From Methanothermobacter thermautotrophicus str. Delta H (GTDB taxonomy: Archaea > Methanobacteriota > Methanobacteria > Methanobacteriales > Methanothermobacteraceae), in NCBI RefSeq assembly GCF_000008645.1, contig NC_000916.1, positions 690,001-722,000 on the forward strand: a stretch of 32,000 nucleotides of DNA, in the 5' to 3' direction. The notes beneath the pieces were generated by a model. The model was given only the letters and a program-made list of their open reading frames with translations. It had not been told where the DNA came from and did not search any database. Numbering within the stretch: position 1 is the stretch's first letter; every line of letters starts with the position of its first letter. Shown piece by piece: positions 25,601 to 32,000 of the stretch. Position numbers and translations under genes: made by a program.

Positions 25601-25769
25601 TTAACCATCTCCCACAATGAACATCTTGAGTAATATTTTCACCAGCAATGTATTTAAGATTTTAGTGTTCAATATTGTTAGGACCAGACTCCAGTTCAGT
25701 CAGGATCAGCCTCAAGTTATAATAGAAAACCGTTAAGAGGTGGCATTGTCCACTGGATCAGGTGAGGCC

Positions 25770-27284
25770 ATGAGTGCAAAGTGTATAATGGTTCAGGGCA
25801 CATCATCGAGTGCAGGTAAGAGCGTGATGGTCGCAGCTCTCTGCCGTATATTCTCACGGAGGGGATACAGGGTTGCGCCCTTCAAATCCCAGAACATGTC
25901 ACTGAACTCCTTCACAACAGCTGAGAACCGGGAGATAGCGGTGGCCCAGGTCCTCCAGGCAGAGGCCGCAGGGATAGAGCCATCACACCACATGAACCCC
26001 GTCCTCCTCAAACCCAAGGAGGACTTCACATCCCAGGTAATAGTCCATGGGAGACCTGCAGGAAACATGAACTTCCAGGACTACCAGACAGAATTCAGGG
26101 ATACTGCCCTTGAGGCTATAAGGGAATCCCTTGAGTACCTGAAGAGCAGGTATGAGCTTATAGTGATAGAGGGGGCAGGATCCCCCGCCGAGATAAACAT
26201 GAGGGACAGGGACCTTGCCAACATGGAGATCGCCCACCTTGCAGATGCCGACGTTATACTGGTGGCTGACATAGACCGTGGAGGTGTCTTCGCATCAATT
26301 GCAGGTACCCTGATGCTCCTTGATGAACGTGACAGGTCCCGGATAAAGGGTGTTGTCATAAACAAGTTTCGTGGTAACATTGACATACTGATGCCCGGCA
26401 TTGAGAGGATCGAGGAGATCACAGGAGTCCCGGTGCTGGGTGTTCTGCCCTATGATGAAGGCCTGAAACTCCCGGAGGAGGATTCAGCATCCCTCTCCCA
26501 GAGGAAGTACAGGGGAAGAGGGGATATACGGGTAGGAGTTATGAGGCTGCCCAGGATATCAAACTTCACAGACATAGACCCCCTTGAGTACGAGGAGGAC
26601 GTTGCTGTGAGGCTCATAGAGACAGGTGACAGCCTTGATGACCTTGACGCCATCATAATCCCCGGGACCAGGAACACCATAAGCGACCTCATCCACCTTG
26701 AGGAGAACGGCTTTGCTGACGAGATCCGGGACTTAAGCCGTGAGATACCTGTCTTTGGCATATGCGGTGGCTTTCAGATGCTGGGAAAGAGGATCCTTGA
26801 TGATGCCCGGCAGGAGTCCAGTGAAGGCAGTGTTGATGGTCTCGGTCTTCTTGACTGTGAGACCCACTTTACAGGTGAGGGTAAGATAATCTCCCAGAGT
26901 CAGGGAAGGGTCCTTGGTAACGGAATCTTCAGTGGTATGAGGGGAGAGACCGTGGAGGGATATGAACTCCATGAGGGGACCACAGTCCTCGGTGATGTGA
27001 AACCCCTTCTGAGGGTTGACAGGGGCTTCGGGAACACCAGGAGCGGCGGATTCGATGGGGCGGTCGATGGAAACGTGGCCGGAACCTACTTCCATGGAAT
27101 ATTCCACAACTTCAGATTCAGGAGGTACTTCACAAATCTCCTCAGGGAGAGGAAGGGCATTGAACCACTGGAGTACTTGGACGATAACTTCAGTGCATCA
27201 AGAAGGTTCTCAATCGACAGGCTGGCAGAGATCGTTGAGGAAAACATGGATCTCTCCATCATCGAGGAGATCCTTGAAGGATAG
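25770..27284 (+). CDS. cobQ: Cobyric acid synthase (CobQ/CbiP)
   Basis: The N-terminal ATPase-like domain is MVQGTSSSAGKSVMVAALCRIF. The C-terminal glutamine amidotransferase domain has PVFGICGGFQMLG (nucleophile Cys) and GTYFHGIF. The ATG at 25770 has GGTGAGG upstream. The track start at 25740 is a GTG adding 10 codons. Confidence 0.9.
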   Translation: MSAKCIMVQGTSSSAGKSVMVAALCRIFSRRGYRVAPFKSQNMSLNSFTTAENREIAVAQVLQAEAAGIEPSHHMNPVLLKPKEDFTSQVIVHGRPAGNMNFQDYQTEFRDTALEAIRESLEYLKSRYELIVIEGAGSPAEINMRDRDLANMEIAHLADADVILVADIDRGGVFASIAGTLMLLDERDRSRIKGVVINKFRGNIDILMPGIERIEEITGVPVLGVLPYDEGLKLPEEDSASLSQRKYRGRGDIRVGVMRLPRISNFTDIDPLEYEEDVAVRLIETGDSLDDLDAIIIPGTRNTISDLIHLEENGFADEIRDLSREIPVFGICGGFQMLGKRILDDARQESSEGSVDGLGLLDCETHFTGEGKIISQSQGRVLGNGIFSGMRGETVEGYELHEGTTVLGDVKPLLRVDRGFGNTRSGGFDGAVDGNVAGTYFHGIFHNFRFRRYFTNLLRERKGIEPLEYLDDNFSASRRFSIDRLAEIVEENMDLSIIEEILEG

Positions 27285-27503
27285 ATTTTAAGGACCCGGT
27301 CTTCATTTTCAATCTTAATTCTTTAGAGGATTAAAGGACGCCAGCATTTTAAAAGAGGCTGTTCCATGCATTAACCAGAACAGACCTTCTGTCAGGATTA
27401 AATTCTGGACTCCCCATCTCTAACAGTAATTCCTTTGAAGTTCAGCATTTAGAGAGGACCATCAGCCGTTAAAAAAATAGGGGGATATATCTGCAGACCA
27501 CGG

Positions 27504-28835
27504 TCATGATATGAAGGGCGCTGCCAGGGTTGTGATCACAAGGACCGTCAGGATGATACCCACAGCTATGATGGGAATTCCGGCCCTCGGTATGTCCCTC
27601 AGCTTAACGTAGCCGGAACCGTAGGCCATTGCAACTGTTGGGTCTGCCATTGGGAGCATGAATGACAGTGAACATGCGATTGCAACGGGTACAGCGTATA
27701 CCCCGATGGGCTGGTGCTGTGCAGATGCAAGGGTCACAGAGAGGGGGACAAGGATGGCTGAGAGGGCTATATTGGACATCACCTGGGTGATGATCACCGC
27801 CACAGCCATAAGCACGAGCATGACGATTACAGTCGATGGGTCTGAACCAAGCATACCCACAAGTTTATCAATTATCCATGCTGCCGCCCCGGTCTTGAGG
27901 AGTGCGCTTCCAAGGGAGAGTGCCCCTCCAAAGAACACCACCAGACCCCAGTCAATGTTCTTCTGTGCGTCCTTCCATGTTATTACACCCGCGAATATGA
28001 ACATCACAGCAGCTATAAGTGACACAGAGTAGCTGTTGATACCTGTGAAGCCAGCTGTAACCCACAGCAGGATGGCAAAGAGGAGTATCCCTGCGCTGAG
28101 CTTCTCATCCCTGCTCATTGAGCCCATCATCCTGATCCTTTCACCTATCAGGGCATCTCCATTTTCGAGGGCCCTGACCTCGCTTGGAAAAATCCTCATG
28201 AGGAGGAACCATGTGACCAGGAGCATTGCAATCGAAAGTGGAAGACCGAATATCATCCAGTTAAGGAAGGGTATGCTGGTGTAGGCCGCTGCCATGAGGT
28301 TGGGGGCAGTTCCTATCTCTGTACCGAATCCACCGGCAAGGGACCCGAATGATGCCCCGAGTATCATGGCCTTTGCATAGTTACTCTTTCCCTTCTCAGG
28401 TTCAGAGCAGCCCATTATATCCACTATCTCCTTTATGATGGGTAGGAGCATTGCAAAGGCAACAACATTCTCAATCCATGCAGAAAGAAGACCCGTCGAG
28501 AATATGCTTACAAACAGTCCCCTCTCCGGTGAGGTTCCAAGCCTCCCCAGGAGGTAGTAGGTGAACCTCTGGGCGAGACCACTCTTCCTTATGGCCTCTG
28601 CCATTATAAATCCCCCAATCATGAGGAAGAGTATGGGATTTGCAAAACCTATAACCGCGTTTTCAAAGCTCTCAACACCAATGAGTGGCTGTGCGAAGAG
28701 TATTATGAGTGATGTCACAGCCAGGGGCACGGCCTCCGTTGCCCACATTGTAACTGCAAAAACGAGTAAAGCAAGTGCTGCGTGTCCTGAAGCCCTTAGA
28801 CCCGGTAGTGGTACCAGGTATACTGCAAGGGCCAA
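27504..28835 (-). CDS. DASS/SLC13-type anion:sodium symporter (N-terminus probably extends upstream; see findings)
   Basis: About 443 aa and about 12-14 TM segments. The two SN-x8-P hairpin-type motifs are [14 protein letters not shown] and [14 protein letters not shown], and the typical PLPGL...[14 protein letters not shown]-terminal region is present. The track start at 28835 is a TTG. Confidence 0.85.
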   Translation of the reverse strand: MALAVYLVPLPGLRASGHAALALLVFAVTMWATEAVPLAVTSLIILFAQPLIGVESFENAVIGFANPILFLMIGGFIMAEAIRKSGLAQRFTYYLLGRLGTSPERGLFVSIFSTGLLSAWIENVVAFAMLLPIIKEIVDIMGCSEPEKGKSNYAKAMILGASFGSLAGGFGTEIGTAPNLMAAAYTSIPFLNWMIFGLPLSIAMLLVTWFLLMRIFPSEVRALENGDALIGERIRMMGSMSRDEKLSAGILLFAILLWVTAGFTGINSYSVSLIAAVMFIFAGVITWKDAQKNIDWGLVVFFGGALSLGSALLKTGAAAWIIDKLVGMLGSDPSTVIVMLVLMAVAVIITQVMSNIALSAILVPLSVTLASAQHQPIGVYAVPVAIACSLSFMLPMADPTVAMAYGSGYVKLRDIPRAGIPIIAVGIILTVLVITTLAAPFIS

Positions 28836-29096
28836 TAAAAGGCTCAGAATAAATCCTTTTCTGGCATCCGTAATATTACCTCCACAATTTAATAAAGATA
28901 CATCAAGAGATTTAAAGTTGGTTTGCTTTTTATCAGTAACAAACTACGAGATCAAAACCTAAAGGTCAATTTTCTTTTTTAGAAATTAATAAACTTTTCT
29001 ATAAGCTTTGATTTACCTGTTAACAAAACTTTGATAAGTATCGTCCAGGCCATTTACGGGAGGTTATTTAGGTCATGAATCTTTCTTTTCAGTCCT

Positions 29097-29822
29097 TTAA
29101 GAGGTTAGATACATGGCTGCCCAGATTATCCCAACTATCACAGGCTGGTGGACCAGGTAAACCTTCAGTGAGTTTCTTCCGATCAGCTGAAGTAGAGAGG
29201 GACTCCATGCCCTTAATCCAAATCTTCTACGGTATCCCGGGTAGAGGGTGTCTCCGGTGAAGATTCCGAGGAGCACAACACCCAGCCACGGGAAAAGCGG
29301 GAAGTAGTCAAGGGTGTAAAGATTATAGGGCCTGATTCCAAGCCACATCAGGAGGGGAGTTTCAACCCGCAGCCCTGACATCAGGACCCCCACCGTGATT
29401 GCAACAGCCGATAATGCAAGTGCAACGGTTCTCCTTCCAGCAAGGGGGTGTGTGAGTATCACTGCAAGGCCTATGAAGTGGAGGACCCCGAAGACAATGA
29501 AACCATTGTGGGGGTAGATCCATGTTGCGGCGGTGATGACCATCCCCCAGAGGAATATCTTCAGACCTCTTATGATGTAATGCCGCCTGGAGGTAACCCC
29601 TCTTCTTGAATGGCTCAGGCTGAGGGACACCCCAACCAGGAATATGAAAAGGAACGCCGTCAGCCTGCCTGTGAACCAGATCACCGGCGACCCCATGTCA
29701 AGATCCAGCACACCCAGGAAGTCAAGATCAAAGAGGGTATGATATACAATCATCATCAGGACGGCGGCGCCCCTAAGTGCATCGACCTCCCCGAACCTTT
29801 CAGTTACATGAACTGTACCCAT
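29097..29822 (-). CDS. DUF1624 / heparan-alpha-glucosaminide N-acetyltransferase-like membrane protein (acyltransferase-3-like)
   Basis: 241 aa. The family-typical start is RFGEVDALRGAAVLMMIVYHTLFDL. About 7 TM segments are present. GGAGGT lies 5 nt upstream of the ATG. Confidence 0.75.
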   Translation of the reverse strand: MGTVHVTERFGEVDALRGAAVLMMIVYHTLFDLDFLGVLDLDMGSPVIWFTGRLTAFLFIFLVGVSLSLSHSRRGVTSRRHYIIRGLKIFLWGMVITAATWIYPHNGFIVFGVLHFIGLAVILTHPLAGRRTVALALSAVAITVGVLMSGLRVETPLLMWLGIRPYNLYTLDYFPLFPWLGVVLLGIFTGDTLYPGYRRRFGLRAWSPSLLQLIGRNSLKVYLVHQPVIVGIIWAAMYLTS

Positions 29823-29908
29823 GCAGGACCTCCGCTTAATATATGAACCCCCTGAGGATAAAAGAAGATGCCCCGGATCATGGCAGGATCAAAAGAAAAA
29901 TAGAAAAC

Positions 29909-29917
29909 TTTATATAA
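29909..29917 (+). promoter_or_regulatory. TATA box (TTTATATAA) for the tRNA-Gly pair
   Basis: A consensus-like archaeal TATA lies 42 nt upstream of the first tRNA 5' end, preceded by an A-rich BRE-like tract. Confidence 0.5.
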
Positions 29918-29949
29918 GATGACCTCAAATCTCTTTTATGCCTACGAAT

Positions 29950-30025
<76 letters not shown>

Positions 30026-30026
30026 A

Positions 30027-30100
30027 GCGGTTGTAGTCTAGTCTGGTTAGGACTCGGGCCTTCCAAGCCCGCGACCCGGGTTCAAATCCCGGCAACCGCA
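30027..30100 (+). tRNA. tRNA-Gly (anticodon UCC)
   Basis: Hand-folded. The acceptor stem is GCGGTTG/CAACCGC, the D stem is GTCT/GGAC, the anticodon stem-loop is CGGGC-CTTCCAA-GCCCG, the T arm is CCGGG-TTCAAAT-CCCGG, and the discriminator is A. It starts only 2 nt after the previous tRNA. Confidence 0.93.
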
Positions 30101-30103
30101 TAT

Positions 30104-30215
30104 AAACTGCTTCTGTCAATCTTGTTCTAGATTCTCATGCACTGCTTCTATTCAAACTGCTTCTATAAGTCCTGTTCTAGATTTCCACGTACACTGATCC
30201 TTTTTCTATTGATTC
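30104..30215 (+). repeat. Imperfect tandem duplication (two units of about 50-60 nt) immediately 3' of tRNA-Gly(UCC)
   Basis: Unit 1 (30104-30153) is AAACTGCTTCTGTCAATCTTGTTCTAGATTCTCATGCACTGCTTCTATTC. Unit 2 (30154-30215) is AAACTGCTTCTATAAGTCCTGTTCTAGATTTCCACGTACACTGATCCTTTTTCTATTGATTC. About 30 of the first 39 positions are identical, including AAACTGCTTCT and TGTTCTAGATT. Confidence 0.8.
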
Positions 30216-30422
30216 AATGCCCATCTAATTTCAGATTCGGGGATGGCATCCAGTTAAAGATTACAGGTCCCATTTATCAGACTTACATGCTTTTTGAGAG
30301 TCTCTAACGCGGGTGCCATATATCATCTATATATATCAGAAGCCATGATAGTAGAGCAAGGAATAAATACTTTAATTTTAGAATAATAACAGGATCCAGA
30401 CTAATATTATGGTGTGATACTC

Positions 30423-31463
30423 ATGGCTGGAATAGTCGGATATGGAGTTTACATTCCATCATACAGAATAAAGGTTGAAGAAATCGCGAGGGTCTGGGGA
30501 GACGACCCCCAGGCCATATCAAGGGGGCTGGTTGTGGAGGAAAAATCGGTCCCTGGTCCTGATGAGGACACAGCAACAATCTCAGTTGAAGCTGCCCGTA
30601 ATGCCCTCAGAAGGAGCCAGATAGATCCCTCAGAGATAGGAGCTGTCTATGTGGGATCAGAATCCCACCCCTACGCTGTTAAGCCAACAGCAACAATCGT
30701 TGCAGAGGCTGTTGAGGCAACACCCGAGATGACAGCAGCTGACCTTGAGTTCGCATGTAAGGCAGGTACCGCAGGTATACAGGCCTGCATGGGACTTGTT
30801 GACTCAGGCATAATCAAGTACGGCCTTGCAGTCGGTGCTGACACAGCCCAGGGAGCCCCCGGTGACGCCCTTGAGTACACTGCATCAGCAGGAGGGGCAG
30901 CCTATGTTATAGGTGGAAAGAACTGCCTTGCAGATATAAAGGAAACCTACAGCTTCACAACAGACACCCCCGACTTCTACAGGAGGGAGGGAATGCCCTA
31001 CCCCCGGCACGGGGGAAGATTCACCGGTGAACCCGCCTACTTCAAGCATGTCCTGGGAGCCGCGAGGGGTATGATGGAGAAGACCGGTCTCAGCGCAGAT
31101 GACTTCGACTACGCGGTCTTCCACCAGCCAAACGGGAAGTTCTACCTGAAGGCCGCTCGCAAACTGGGATTTGAAAGCGAACAGGTTAAACCGGGACTTT
31201 TGACGCCTGTGATAGGGAACACCTACTCAGGTGCAACACCAGTAGGCCTTGCAGCAACCCTTGACGTTGCAGAACCAGGCGCAAGGATACTGGCAGTGTC
31301 CTATGGTTCAGGTGCCGGGAGCGACGCCTTCATAATAGAGGTGAATGATCTCATAGAGGAGAGGCGTGACCTTGCACCATCCGTGGCCGAGATCATCAAA
31401 AATAAGAGGTACGTCGACTATGCCTTATACGCCAAATTCAAGGGCAAACTCAGGATGGCTTAA
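30423..31463 (+). CDS. Hydroxymethylglutaryl-CoA synthase (archaeal mevalonate pathway)
   Basis: [26 protein letters not shown] is the typical archaeal HMGCS N-terminus. The catalytic Cys lies in [11 protein letters not shown], and HQPNGKF is present. The ATG at 30423 has GGTG upstream. The track GTG at 30414 adds 3 codons. Confidence 0.9.
   Translation: MAGIVGYGVYIPSYRIKVEEIARVWGDDPQAISRGLVVEEKSVPGPDEDTATISVEAARNALRRSQIDPSEIGAVYVGSESHPYAVKPTATIVAEAVEATPEMTAADLEFACKAGTAGIQACMGLVDSGIIKYGLAVGADTAQGAPGDALEYTASAGGAAYVIGGKNCLADIKETYSFTTDTPDFYRREGMPYPRHGGRFTGEPAYFKHVLGAARGMMEKTGLSADDFDYAVFHQPNGKFYLKAARKLGFESEQVKPGLLTPVIGNTYSGATPVGLAATLDVAEPGARILAVSYGSGAGSDAFIIEVNDLIEERRDLAPSVAEIIKNKRYVDYALYAKFKGKLRMA

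Positions 31464-32000
<537 letters not shown>

Noticed and set aside
25698-25711. B12-box-like sequence AGTCAGGATCAGCC upstream of cobQ (possible cobalamin riboswitch)
   Set aside because: Only the first 8 nt match the B12-box consensus AGYCMGGAGACCKGCC. The element lies upstream of the likely TATA (25716-25725), so it would not be in the mRNA. A CCACTG element occurs after rather than before it, which is the wrong order. No GGGAA/GGTG..AATCC core was seen.
27441-27480. Possible C/D-box sRNA on the minus strand (CTGATGG ... CTGA) in the cobQ/DASS convergent spacer
   Set aside because: The C box is imperfect. No C' box exists, and the distance from the D'-like CTGA to the next CTGA is about 46 nt, incompatible with the 12-nt guide architecture of archaeal C/D sRNAs. 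A similar weak candidate at 8984-9050 fails for the same reasons.
30104-30215. Tandem repeats considered as a mini-CRISPR array or as att sites of an integrated element at tRNA-Gly
   Set aside because: There are only two imperfect, directly abutting units with no unique spacers and no cas genes. There is no integrase, no duplicated tRNA 3' segment (only a weak GATTCAATGCCC vs GGTTCAAATCCC resemblance at 30211-30222), and no foreign-looking gene block. The repeat is kept as an unexplained feature in the findings.

Overview
Gene-dense chromosomal segment with about 30 protein genes and 3 tRNAs, roughly 45-50% GC by eye, from a hydrogenotrophic methanogen of the Methanobacteriales type. The evidence is Mch, archaeal membrane LonB, HypA/HypB, a core MetE, archaeal-type PheT and ValRS, and an HMG-CoA synthase + thiolase operon. 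From memory, and unverifiable here, the proteins and gene order resemble the Methanothermobacter thermautotrophicus MTH76x-MTH79x neighbourhood. Most genes are housekeeping, sit on the minus strand, and are tightly packed with several overlapping or SD-coupled junctions. I saw no CRISPR array, transposase, integrase, prophage or recognisable defence/toxin system. The items most worth a second look follow. (1) A 372-aa polytopic membrane protein (17036-18154) carries, by eye, four motif blocks in the order and spacing of bacterial SEDS (FtsW/RodA) glycan polymerases. It lies near a GNAT gene and a DUF354 GT-B-like gene. (2) A translationally coupled minus-strand cluster runs DUF1890-like, DUF1894-like, core MetE, ThyA, Mch, DUF362/Fe-S (12470-16987). 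(3) Three ORFs look disrupted by a 1-nt indel at a short homopolymer: the DASS transporter N-terminus, a small His-rich membrane ORF, and the GNAT C-terminus. (4) A shared AAACTG + pyrimidine-run trailer motif follows both tRNA loci and is expanded into a ~50-bp tandem duplication after the tRNA-Gly pair. (5) A slightly AT-richer islet between valS and pheT encodes a secreted basic protein with an Ntn-hydrolase-like pattern. All functional calls rest on by-eye recognition of motifs in the supplied translations. No searches were run.
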